NCBI GenBank assembly: GCA_963928475.1
Contig: CAWVFN010000065.1
Span: 1-54,659, forward strand
DNA length: 54,659 bases
Reading direction: 5' to 3'
From: Bacillota bacterium
GTDB taxonomy: Bacteria > Bacillota > Dehalobacteriia > UBA7702
The first letter of the stretch is position 1. Each line of letters starts with the position of its first letter. The notes under the pieces are model-generated. The model was given only the letters and a program-made list of their open reading frames with translations. It searched no databases and was not told where the DNA came from. Shown one piece after another: positions 43,875-52,915 of this stretch. A program made the position numbers and the translations under genes.

Positions 43875-43899
43875 TCTTACATTAAGATAGTAGCATGTT

Positions 43900-43930
43900 A
43901 AAGAGTGGGCTTTGCCCACTCTTTATATAT
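43900..43930 (+). promoter_or_regulatory. leader hairpin / candidate attenuator of the nusA operon
   Basis: AAAGAGTGGGC-TTT-GCCCACTCTTT (11 bp), followed by ATATAT. It lies about 25 nt downstream of the -10 and upstream of the rimP RBS. Confidence 0.5.
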
Positions 43931-43955
43931 GATAAAAAGATGTTTATGGAGCAGA

Positions 43956-44423
43956 ATGTCTATGGATAAAAAATTAAGTACGGAAGATCGGGTAGAACAG
44001 TGTATCAGTCCTATTTTTAAGGATACGCCTTATGAAATTTATGATATAGAATTCGCGCGGGAAGCCGGTGAAAACTATTTGCGGATTTTCATTGATAAAG
44101 AAGGCGGTGTTGATTTAGATGATTGTGAAGCCGTTACCGATTTGATTAACGCTCCTTTGGATGATGCTGATCCTATCGCAGAGAGTTATTATTTGGAGGT
44201 ATCTTCCCCTGGTATAGAGCGGAAGCTCAAAAAAGCGGAACATTTCTTAAAAGCGATAGGTGAAAAAGTATATATTAAAAGTTACTCTCCTGTTAATGGT
44301 AAAAAGGAAGTAACAGGCATATTAAAAGAATTTATAAATGAAGAAGCTGTAGTCGAAGTGGGGAAAGAAGAATATATATTTCCCTTTGCCAAGATAGCGA
44401 AAGCTAATCTTTCCGTATTTTAG
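43956..44423 (+). CDS. rimP: ribosome maturation factor RimP
   Basis: LEVSSPGIERKL motif. Start placed at ATG 43956 (or 43962) after GGAG at 43948-43951; the track ORF begins at GTG 43905, inside the leader hairpin. Confidence 0.88.
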   Translation: MSMDKKLSTEDRVEQCISPIFKDTPYEIYDIEFAREAGENYLRIFIDKEGGVDLDDCEAVTDLINAPLDDADPIAESYYLEVSSPGIERKLKKAEHFLKAIGEKVYIKSYSPVNGKKEVTGILKEFINEEAVVEVGKEEYIFPFAKIAKANLSVF

Positions 44424-44434
44424 GAGGTCAACCA

Positions 44435-45583
44435 ATGAACGTTGAATTTTTGGAAGCACTCAGGGACTTGGAAAAAGAGAGGAATATTTCAGCGGATATT
44501 ATTTTAGACGCTATTGACGCGGCTCTTGTTTCCGCTTATAAGAAGAATTTTGGCTCATCCCAGAATGTTAGAACCGAGATCAACAGGGAAACAGGTGATT
44601 TTCACGTATATTCCCGCAAAAATATAGTGGAAGAAGTGGAAGATGACCGCTTGGAAATCAGCTTGGCAGCGGCGGAAAAAATTAATCCCGGTTATGAGGT
44701 GGGAGATATTTATGAAGTAGAGGTGACTCCCAGGGATTTTGGGCGTATAGCTGCTCAAACTGCTAAACAGGTAGTTGTTCAGCGTATGCGGGAAGCGGAG
44801 CGCAATGTTATATTTGATGAATACATGAACATGGAAGGCGATATACTTACTGGCATTATTCAGCGAATAGAGAATAAAAATGTTTTTCTTGATATTGGTA
44901 AAACAGAGGCTATTCTTACACCGAATGAACAGATTCCTGGCGAGACTTATCAGCATGGTGACCGCCTTAAGGTTTATATGGTAGAAATCAAGAAAAGCAC
45001 CAAGGGTCCTCAGGTAGTGGTTTCACGTACTCATCCAGGTCTTTTAAAGCGTCTTTTCGAGCAGGAAGTGCCGGAAATATATGACGGTATAGTGGAAATA
45101 AAAAGTATTGCCCGGGAAGCGGGTAGTCGTTCTAAGATCGCCGTATATAGTAAGGATGAGAACATTGATTCTTTAGGGGCCTGTGTTGGGGCTAAAGGTA
45201 TGCGTGTTCAGGCTATCGTTGATGAGCTGCGGGGAGAGAAGATTGATATAGTCAAATGGAGTCCCGAGCCGGATGTCTTTATAAGCAACGCTTTGAGTCC
45301 CGCCAAAGTCGAGGCGGTAGATATTCTCGAAACCGAAAAATTTGCCAGGGTTATTGTTCCGAATTATCAGCTTTCATTGGCCATTGGCAAAGAGGGGCAG
45401 AACGCGCGTTTGGCGGTAAAACTCACAGGCTGGAAAATTGATATTAAAGCCGCTTCAGAAGTGGACTATCAGGAAGATGAGGATGTCATCTCACCGGAAG
45501 AAGATAATATAGATTCAGAGATCTTAGACGATATGGAACTGGTTGAGGAAGATTTCTCTCTGGGAGATGCCGAGGAGGAATAA
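44435..45583 (+). CDS. nusA: transcription termination/antitermination factor NusA
   Basis: 382 aa with S1 and two KH domains (LAIGKEGQNARLA) and an acidic tail. Confidence 0.96.
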   Translation: MNVEFLEALRDLEKERNISADIILDAIDAALVSAYKKNFGSSQNVRTEINRETGDFHVYSRKNIVEEVEDDRLEISLAAAEKINPGYEVGDIYEVEVTPRDFGRIAAQTAKQVVVQRMREAERNVIFDEYMNMEGDILTGIIQRIENKNVFLDIGKTEAILTPNEQIPGETYQHGDRLKVYMVEIKKSTKGPQVVVSRTHPGLLKRLFEQEVPEIYDGIVEIKSIAREAGSRSKIAVYSKDENIDSLGACVGAKGMRVQAIVDELRGEKIDIVKWSPEPDVFISNALSPAKVEAVDILETEKFARVIVPNYQLSLAIGKEGQNARLAVKLTGWKIDIKAASEVDYQEDEDVISPEEDNIDSEILDDMELVEEDFSLGDAEEE

Positions 45584-45584
45584 G

Positions 45585-45851
45585 ATGACAACCAAGAAAA
45601 TACCGCAGCGTATGTGTGTTGGCTGCCGTGAGATGCGGGATAAGAGGGATCTTATACGCATAGTACGCGTAGAGGATGGCGCTGTCTTTGATGGAACGGG
45701 TAAAAAGCCTGGTAGAGGTGCTTATATTTGTAAGAATCGGGAATGTTTAGATAAGGCAAAAAAGTCAAGAGGTTTGGAGCGTGCTTTAAAGGTGAAGATA
45801 TCCGAGGAAGTATACGCTGGATTATTTGAGGCTTTAGAAAATGCCGAATAA
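45585..45851 (+). CDS. ylxR: YlxR family RNA-binding protein (DUF448)
   Basis: RMCVGCREMRDKRDLIR and GRGAYIC motifs. ATG 45585 lies after GAGGAGGAA; the track ORF begins earlier, inside nusA. Confidence 0.9.
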   Translation: MTTKKIPQRMCVGCREMRDKRDLIRIVRVEDGAVFDGTGKKPGRGAYICKNRECLDKAKKSRGLERALKVKISEEVYAGLFEALENAE

Positions 45852-46152
45852 TAAAGAAAAGATCATGACCCTATTGGGCTTTGCCCAAAAAGCCGGGAAA
45901 CTTTGCAGCGGTGTTGAAACCGTTTTGAATAAAAGCAAGAAAAAAGAAGCCTCACTGCTAATATTGGCTGAGGATGCTCCTGCAGATGTAGCGGATAGGA
46001 TGAAAAGAACCGCTTTAGGGGAGGATATTCCTTACATAGTTTTAGGTCGTAAAAACGAGCTGGGGATTGCTATTGGCAGATCAGGACGTAATGTGGTTTT
46101 AATTATGGATGAAGGCTTTGCCTCAGCCATATTAAAAAATATAACTTATTAA
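45841..46152 (+). CDS. ylxQ: L7Ae/L30e-family RNA-binding protein (YlxQ-like)
   Basis: 103 aa with GFAQKAGKLCSG, in the conserved position between ylxR and infB. Confidence 0.85.
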   Translation: MPNNKEKIMTLLGFAQKAGKLCSGVETVLNKSKKKEASLLILAEDAPADVADRMKRTALGEDIPYIVLGRKNELGIAIGRSGRNVVLIMDEGFASAILKNITY

Positions 46153-46188
46153 ACTTCGTGCTGGGAAGTGGAAATTGGGGGTTTGTTT

Positions 46189-49125
46189 ATGACAAAATTA
46201 AGAGTGTATGAATTAGGGAAAGAGCTTGGAATGGAGAGTAAAGACGTTATTCGCCGTTTAGGAAAAATGGGTGCGGAAGTAAAAAATCATATGAGCGCCG
46301 TAGATGACAAGTATGCGGATATGCTCCGGGATATCATGCGCCCTAAAATCGCCTTGGAGGAGGCGAGAGCTGCTGAAAAAGGACGAGCGGAGTCTCATAG
46401 TGAGACGAAAGCGTCATCACCTGTCCATAAAAGTGACGGCAAAAAAGAAACCCCGGTGAAACCTGTAAAATCCGCAGGTAAACAAGAGGTTAAAGCTGAA
46501 CCCCAAAAAGATATTAAGGATAAGTCTGTCCCTAAGTCCAAAGAGGAAGATAAAAAAATAGAAGCCGAAAAAGCCCCTAAATCGGTAACCAGCGAAAATA
46601 AAACCGAAATAAAAAGGGATGAGACGGGAACTGCCCCTGCTCCCAAAGCCACTTCTCCCAAACTTGATGAAAATAAAGTTAGCGAGGAAAAGCATAAACC
46701 TGCTGCGGAACGACAGGAAGTTAAACCAGCCCGTGAAGTCCCGCGTCAGCAGGGCATTTTTGCAAAAGATACAAACCAGCCCCGTCAGCAGGGGGTCTTT
46801 GCCAAGAGTAATCAGCCTCGTCAGCAAGGTGTTTTTGCTAAAGATAATCGACGCGGCCCAAATAATCGTCAGAATAGAGATAACCATCAAAACCGTCAGG
46901 GTCAAGGTGAAAGAGGATCATTCTCTGGCCATCAAAATGATAGAAACTATCAAAATCGGCAGGGCCAGGGTGGCTATCAGAATCGCCATAGCCAGAATGA
47001 AAGAGGCGGTTATCAGGGTCACCAGAATGATAGAAATTATCAGAATCAAAACCGTTCTTCCCAGGGTGGTTATCAGAATAGAAATTCTCAGAATGAACGT
47101 AATTTCCAGCCTAGACAAAATCAGGGTGATAGACAATCCTATCAAAATAACCGTGCCAGTCAGAGCGGTTATCAGAAAGATAAAACTGCTGCCAGCGAGG
47201 TAATGCGTCCTCAGGAAAAACGTGATCCCCGCCGTTTTGAGCAGAAAAAGAAAAACAATCAATACGAAAGCCGGAAAAAGGATTTAGAACGCAATAATTT
47301 TGAGCATAAACGTCACAATGTAAATCAGAAACAGAAAAAGCAAAAGAAAAAGGAAGAAATGCCACCGGTAGTACCAAAAACAGTAGTTATCGGTGAAACC
47401 GTAGTAATTTCCGAATTAGCTAAGTCTATGAGCAAAACAGCGGCAGAGCTTATCAAGACCTTATTTAATTTAGGCGTGATGGCCACTGTTAATCAGGAAA
47501 TAGACAGTGATACCGCTATTATTTTAGGGGATGAATATGGTATTACCGTTGAGGTGAAAGTGGATAAAACCATGGAAATCATGGAAGAAGACACTGATGA
47601 TGAAAGCACCTTGGTACCGAGACCGCCGGTAGTAACGGTAATGGGTCATGTTGACCATGGTAAAACCTCCCTTTTAGACGCTATCCGTAATACCAATGTT
47701 ATATCTAGGGAAGCTGGGGGTATTACTCAGCATATAGGTGCTTATCAGGTAGAGATATCCGGCAAAAAAATAACTTTCCTTGATACACCTGGTCACGAAG
47801 CCTTCACTTCAATGCGGGCGCGCGGTGCTCAGGTGACTGATATCGCTGTTTTGGTAGTCGCCGCCGATGACGGTGTGATGCCTCAGACGGTGGAAGCTAT
47901 TAACCACGCCAAAGCGGCTGACGTTCCTATTATCGTAGCGATTAATAAAATAGATAAACCTGGTGCTAATATTGATAAGATTCGCCAGGAACTTACTGAA
48001 TACGAATTAGTAGACGAGGAGTGGGGCGGTAATACAATTATGGTACCTGTTTCCGCTAAAAAGGAGCAGGGTATAGAAAACCTGTTGGAAATGATCTTGT
48101 TAGTAGCGGAAGTGGCTGAATTAAAGAGCAATCCTAATCGTAATGCCCGTGGTACTGTTATTGAATCCCAGCTGGATAAGGGACGTGGCGCTGTGGCCAC
48201 AGTTTTGGTACAGAAAGGTACTCTTCATGTTGGTGATATTTTGGTAGCCGGTACTGAGTTCGCTAAAGTGCGTGCTATGATAGATGATAAAAGACGCCGT
48301 ACTAAAGCTGCCGGACCTTCTACACCCGTTGAGATCCTGGGTTTTTCTGATGTGCCGTTAGCTGGTGAAATATTTGTTTGTGTTAATGATGAAAAAGACG
48401 CCCGTCATATAGCGGAGCATAACGCCCAAGTTAAACGTGAACATGAGATGAATAAGAGCGCCAAAGTATCATTGGATGATTTCTTCAAACAGATTTCCGC
48501 TGGCGAAGTAAAAGACCTTAATATTGTTCTCAAAGCTGATGTTCACGGTTCTGTAGAGGCTCTGTCCCAGTCTATCAAGAATCTTTCCACAGATGAGGTG
48601 CGGGTAAATATCATTCACAGTGGCGTTGGCGCTATTGTGGAAACCGATGTCATGTTAGCGGAAGCCTCTGGCGCTATTATTATTGGTTTTAATGTGCGCC
48701 CTGATGTCAATACTAAAAAAGCCGCGGAAAAGGCCGGCGTGGATATTAGGATGTATAGAGTAATTTATGAAGCCTTAGATGATATTAAGGCGGCTATGAC
48801 CGGTCTTTTAGATCCTGAGTTCAAAGAGGTTATTGTTGGTCACGTTGAGGTTCGTGACGTCATTAAAGTACCTAAAGTAGGGCTTATTGCCGGCAGTTAC
48901 GTTTTAGACGGTAAAGTGGTGCGTAATGGCAAGGTACGTCTTTTACGCAATGGTATTGTGGTGCATGAGGGCGATATAGCGTCCTTGCGCCGGTTTAAAG
49001 ATGATGTAAAAGAAGTGCAGACCGGTTATGAGTGCGGTATTTGTATAGATAATTTTAACGACATTAAAGTTGATGACCAAATGGAAATATATATCATGGA
49101 AGAAACCAAGCGCGAGTTGGAATAA
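46189..49125 (+). CDS. infB: translation initiation factor IF-2
   Basis: GTPase motifs [17 protein letters not shown] and NKID. Long low-complexity N-terminal region. Start placed at ATG 46189, 7 nt after GGGGG. Confidence 0.96.
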   Translation: MTKLRVYELGKELGMESKDVIRRLGKMGAEVKNHMSAVDDKYADMLRDIMRPKIALEEARAAEKGRAESHSETKASSPVHKSDGKKETPVKPVKSAGKQEVKAEPQKDIKDKSVPKSKEEDKKIEAEKAPKSVTSENKTEIKRDETGTAPAPKATSPKLDENKVSEEKHKPAAERQEVKPAREVPRQQGIFAKDTNQPRQQGVFAKSNQPRQQGVFAKDNRRGPNNRQNRDNHQNRQGQGERGSFSGHQNDRNYQNRQGQGGYQNRHSQNERGGYQGHQNDRNYQNQNRSSQGGYQNRNSQNERNFQPRQNQGDRQSYQNNRASQSGYQKDKTAASEVMRPQEKRDPRRFEQKKKNNQYESRKKDLERNNFEHKRHNVNQKQKKQKKKEEMPPVVPKTVVIGETVVISELAKSMSKTAAELIKTLFNLGVMATVNQEIDSDTAIILGDEYGITVEVKVDKTMEIMEEDTDDESTLVPRPPVVTVMGHVDHGKTSLLDAIRNTNVISREAGGITQHIGAYQVEISGKKITFLDTPGHEAFTSMRARGAQVTDIAVLVVAADDGVMPQTVEAINHAKAADVPIIVAINKIDKPGANIDKIRQELTEYELVDEEWGGNTIMVPVSAKKEQGIENLLEMILLVAEVAELKSNPNRNARGTVIESQLDKGRGAVATVLVQKGTLHVGDILVAGTEFAKVRAMIDDKRRRTKAAGPSTPVEILGFSDVPLAGEIFVCVNDEKDARHIAEHNAQVKREHEMNKSAKVSLDDFFKQISAGEVKDLNIVLKADVHGSVEALSQSIKNLSTDEVRVNIIHSGVGAIVETDVMLAEASGAIIIGFNVRPDVNTKKAAEKAGVDIRMYRVIYEALDDIKAAMTGLLDPEFKEVIVGHVEVRDVIKVPKVGLIAGSYVLDGKVVRNGKVRLLRNGIVVHEGDIASLRRFKDDVKEVQTGYECGICIDNFNDIKVDDQMEIYIMEETKRELE

Positions 49126-49161
49126 TAACTATGACGGATACTGAGAAAGGAGGGGTAAAGT

Positions 49162-49530
49162 ATGGCAAAATTTCGAGGCAACAGAATTAATGAGGAATTG
49201 AAAAGGGAGATCTCGGATATTTTACAAAATGAGATAAAAGACCCCGGACTGGGAATGGTATCCATTGTATTGTGCGATGTAAGCAGAGATTTGAGTGTCG
49301 CCAAAGTATATTACAGTGTTTTGGGCAATGAGGCGGCGGTAGAGAGCAGCAAAGAGGCAATCAAAAGAGGTACTGGTTTTATTCGCCGTGAGGTATCTCG
49401 GCGTTTATCCCTGCGGCACACTCCTGAACTGGTATTTATCTATGATGATTCTATAGAGCATGGTATTAAAATAGCTCAAATAATTAATGAAGAAAACGCT
49501 AAGCATGGTAAAAGTCATGAAGAAGAATAA
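49162..49530 (+). CDS. rbfA: 30S ribosome-binding factor RbfA
   Basis: 122 aa with the RRLSLRHTPEL motif. Confidence 0.93.
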   Translation: MAKFRGNRINEELKREISDILQNEIKDPGLGMVSIVLCDVSRDLSVAKVYYSVLGNEAAVESSKEAIKRGTGFIRREVSRRLSLRHTPELVFIYDDSIEHGIKIAQIINEENAKHGKSHEEE

Positions 49531-50500
49531 TACTTTTTCGGAAATAAAAGATATCATTGACCGCAGCGGCGACATTGTAATAATAAGCCACATTTTACCA
49601 GACGGTGATAATATCGGTTCAGTGTTGGGTATGGCGATATCTCTAAGTTTATTGGGTAAAAAAGTGACACCTGTTGTTAATGGAGACTTACCCGGATATT
49701 ATAAGTTTCTGCCTCAAAGTCAGCTGTTAAAACCACCTTCTGAGGCGGTGGGACAATATGATCTTGTCTTGGCCTTAGATATGTCTGATAAAGCCCGAGG
49801 TGGCGATGCTTTGGCTTTTGCCTTTGCCGACAATTGTCCTGTTGTCAACATTGACCATCATATAAGCAACGATTATTTCGGCGACTATAATTATGTAGAG
49901 CCCAAAGCGGCGGCTACCGCTCAGATTTTAACGGATTTTTTGCTCAAAGCAAATTATCCTTTAAACAGGGAGATAGCCGCGTCTTTTTATACAGGTATCT
50001 TAACGGATTCTGGTAATTTTACCTACACAAATACCACCGCTGACACTCTTCGTTTAGCTGGTGAGTTGTTAGAGTATGAGCCTGATTTAGAAGAGATACG
50101 AGTAAATGTTTTTGAAAATATCAGTTTTAAGCGCAAAAAAATTCTTGGTCAGGTTTTACTTAATGCCGTAGCCATACCTGAAGCTTCCCTTGTTTATTCA
50201 GTTTTAACCTTAGCGGAGTGCCGTTCCTTAGCTGCTGAAGGCCAGGATTTTGAAGGAATAATAGATCATTTGATTGGAATAAGCGACGTTAAGATGGCGA
50301 TTTTCTTTCGGGAAATAGAGCCGGATGTAGTAAAAGTTGGTTTCAGAGGTCGTTTTGGTGTTGATGTCACGGTTGTAGCCGGTGCCTTTGGCGGCGGTGG
50401 TCATAAAGCCGCTGCTGGTTGTTCCTTATGTGGTACTTTAGAGGATAAAGTTAAGGCTATAGTAGCGGCAGCAATAGAATACATGGAGAATTTTGAGTAA
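49517..50500 (+). CDS. nrnA: DHH/DHHA1-family phosphoesterase (NrnA-like oligoribonuclease / pAp phosphatase)
   Basis: SHILPDGDNIGS, NIDHH and GGGHKAAAG motifs. The start is ambiguous among ATG 49487, 49505 and 49517. Confidence 0.82.
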   Translation: MKKNNTFSEIKDIIDRSGDIVIISHILPDGDNIGSVLGMAISLSLLGKKVTPVVNGDLPGYYKFLPQSQLLKPPSEAVGQYDLVLALDMSDKARGGDALAFAFADNCPVVNIDHHISNDYFGDYNYVEPKAAATAQILTDFLLKANYPLNREIAASFYTGILTDSGNFTYTNTTADTLRLAGELLEYEPDLEEIRVNVFENISFKRKKILGQVLLNAVAIPEASLVYSVLTLAECRSLAAEGQDFEGIIDHLIGISDVKMAIFFREIEPDVVKVGFRGRFGVDVTVVAGAFGGGGHKAAAGCSLCGTLEDKVKAIVAAAIEYMENFE

Positions 50501-52350
50501 TGGACGGCTTTATCAACGTAAATAAGCCCAAGGATTTTACGTCCCAGGACGTTTTAAACGTAATAAAACGGAATTTTAGGGGTACAAAGATAGGACACGG
50601 CGGCACTCTGGATCCAGGGGCCACCGGTGTCCTGCCTGTTTGTTTAGGCAAAGGAACTAAGCTTCAGGATCATATTATGGGTGGCAAAAAAACTTATATA
50701 GCCGAGATAGCCTTTGGCTGTTATAGTCCTACCCTGGATATGGATGGCGATTATGAAATCTGTGATAGGGGATTTAGTTTAGAAGAGGGAGCTTTGTTAT
50801 CTATTTTGCCTGAATTTACTGGTGAAATAGAGCAGGTGCCGCCTATGGTATCGGCTATAAAACGCAAAGGTGTGCCCTTGTATAAGTTGGCGCGTAAAGG
50901 AGAGTCTGTAGAATTGGCGCCTCGAACCGTCACGATTTACGGTATAGAAGTTTTGGCTTTTGGCAAAAGAGATGACTTGCCTCTGGTAAAACTAAAGATA
51001 AATTGTTCCAAAGGCACTTATATCCGTTCCCTGGCACGTGATTTAGGGAAGTCTTTAGGCACCAAAGCCATAGTGGCGTCTTTAGAGAGGGTGACTGCTG
51101 GCGATTTCTCTCTTGATGAAGCTTATACTTTGGCGGAAATAGGTGATTTAGCGGCAAAAGGAGACTATTCCTTTATTTTGCCTTTAGACTATTGTCTCAA
51201 AAACATACCTGCTGTAAAATGTGAAGACATTGCCGCTGTCACCCAGGTTTTACGTGGTGCCGCCACAGATATTACCGCTAATATCCCAGCAGGCTCAGAA
51301 GTGAGGCTGCTGGATTTTGCCGATAATCTTTTAGCCTTAGGTGAAGTTACGGCTGAGCAAAAGGTACAGCCACGGAAAGTATTATATACAGTTAGACAAA
51401 GAAAAAAGCCGTTACAGATTATAGATGGTGAATTTAGAGAATACCCTTTTTCTCATGATACGGCTGTAGCTTTAGGTAATTTTGATGGTGTGCATTTAGG
51501 GCATAGATATTTACTGGAACATATGGCTTTAGAGGCTGAGAATCGCAATCTTACTTCTTTGGCTTTAACCTTTAGTCCTCATCCCAGGGATTTTCTAACA
51601 GGCGGCGCTCATAAATATTTGCAGACAAAGGAAGCTAAAGCCCGCCATATAGGTGCTGCTGGTGTTGACGCTCTCTGGTTTATGAATTTTGATGCAAGTT
51701 TAGCCTCTATGTCTGCTCAGGAATTTGTGGATAATATTATCATAAAGAAATTACGGGCTAAAATACTTTATGTTGGTTATAATTTCAAGTTTGGACGTGG
51801 TGCTGAAAATAATGCTGAATGGCTCAGAAAATACTGTGCCGCCAGGGGAATTGATGTAAGAGTACTGGAAAAGATCACTTATACTGGTATTGCCGTGAGC
51901 AGCAGTAATATTAAAGATTTTTTATGTGCTGGAGATATGAAAAGGGTTAACGAGCTTTTAGGTTATAACTTTTCTCTTGGCGGTACAGTTGTGACGGGAC
52001 GTCAGTTAGGTCGTACTATCGGTTTTCCCACTGCCAATCTGGATTATTCATCCTCAGTACTTTTACCGGAGCCTGGTATATACATTACTTGGGCAAAATA
52101 CAGGGGACAAGGTCATCCTTCGGTAACGAATATAGGCAATTGTCCTACGGTAGGGGATAACTTAGCTTTAACGGTTGAAGTCCATATTTTAGACGATGAA
52201 CCTGATATATATGGGGAGGATTTGGAAGTAGTATTTTTGCGCAAATTAAGGGGAGAAATTAAGTTTCCCAGTTTAGAACAGTTAAAAATTAAGATAAATG
52301 AAGATGCTGAGACAGCACGGAGATTTTTTGCCGCCAGGAAGGGCAGGTAA
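50500..52350 (+). CDS. truB: fusion protein: tRNA pseudouridine(55) synthase TruB plus bifunctional riboflavin kinase/FMN adenylyltransferase RibF
   Basis: 616 aa in one frame. Residues 1 to about 300 are TruB (GHGGTLDPGATGVL catalytic Asp motif). Residues from about 315 to 616 are RibF (GNFDGVHLGH, GRQLGRTIGFPTANL). There is no in-frame start or stop at the junction. Confidence 0.88.
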   Translation: MDGFINVNKPKDFTSQDVLNVIKRNFRGTKIGHGGTLDPGATGVLPVCLGKGTKLQDHIMGGKKTYIAEIAFGCYSPTLDMDGDYEICDRGFSLEEGALLSILPEFTGEIEQVPPMVSAIKRKGVPLYKLARKGESVELAPRTVTIYGIEVLAFGKRDDLPLVKLKINCSKGTYIRSLARDLGKSLGTKAIVASLERVTAGDFSLDEAYTLAEIGDLAAKGDYSFILPLDYCLKNIPAVKCEDIAAVTQVLRGAATDITANIPAGSEVRLLDFADNLLALGEVTAEQKVQPRKVLYTVRQRKKPLQIIDGEFREYPFSHDTAVALGNFDGVHLGHRYLLEHMALEAENRNLTSLALTFSPHPRDFLTGGAHKYLQTKEAKARHIGAAGVDALWFMNFDASLASMSAQEFVDNIIIKKLRAKILYVGYNFKFGRGAENNAEWLRKYCAARGIDVRVLEKITYTGIAVSSSNIKDFLCAGDMKRVNELLGYNFSLGGTVVTGRQLGRTIGFPTANLDYSSSVLLPEPGIYITWAKYRGQGHPSVTNIGNCPTVGDNLALTVEVHILDDEPDIYGEDLEVVFLRKLRGEIKFPSLEQLKIKINEDAETARRFFAARKGR

Positions 52351-52368
52351 ATTTTTTCCTTTTGACTC

Positions 52369-52397
52369 TTGCCAATTAGTTATCAATATGTTATTAT
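52369..52397 (+). promoter_or_regulatory. putative rpsO promoter
   Basis: -35 TTGCCA (52369-52374), a 17-nt spacer, extended -10 TGtTATTAT (52389-52397). An 80-nt leader follows, which could be an S15 autoregulatory site (not verified). Confidence 0.5.
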
Positions 52398-52480
52398 ATT
52401 TTAGTGCCCTTTACACTGTTTGGCGGCTCCTCGACCCCTTACATTGTTTATGGCGAATAGAAATTTAGGAGGAAATAATC

Positions 52481-52747
52481 ATGTTGGATAAGGAAGCGAA
52501 ATCCGCTATTATCGAAAAGTACAAAACCCATGATGGAGACACTGGTTCTCCTGAAGTACAGATCGCTATTTTAACAGCGAAAATTCAGTATCTTACTGAG
52601 CATTTGAAAGAACACAAAAAGGATCATCATAGCCGTCGTGGTCTTTTGAAGATGGTTGGTCACAGAAGAAGTCTTCTTAATTATCTGCGTAAAAAGGATA
52701 TTGACCGCTATAGAAATATTATTAACGAATTAGGCTTAAGAAGATAA
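52481..52747 (+). CDS. rpsO: 30S ribosomal protein S15
   Basis: 88 aa with [11 protein letters not shown] and [15 protein letters not shown]. Confidence 0.97.
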   Translation: MLDKEAKSAIIEKYKTHDGDTGSPEVQIAILTAKIQYLTEHLKEHKKDHHSRRGLLKMVGHRRSLLNYLRKKDIDRYRNIINELGLRR

Positions 52748-52752
52748 ATAGT

Positions 52753-52784
52753 AAAAGCAGGGTGTTTATACACCCTGCTTTTTT
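52753..52784 (+). terminator. intrinsic terminator after rpsO
   Basis: AAAAGCAGGGTG-TTTATA-CACCCTGCTTTTTT. Confidence 0.88.
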
Positions 52785-52915
52785 ATAGTAACAATATAGT
52801 ATTATTTTTAAAAAAGAGTTAATACTTTGTATATATCATTAATAATAAGCAGGAAAAAAGTATCTGATGTAGAAATAATACTGGATATTTAAAAAGAGAG
52901 GGAAGAAATAAAGAT

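Noticed and set aside
46395-47377. Alternative-frame and antisense ORFs (88-194 aa) within the infB N-terminal region
   Set aside because: The repetitive low-complexity DNA of the IF-2 N-terminal domain is poor in stop codons in several frames, which creates these ORFs. Their products are pure low-complexity.
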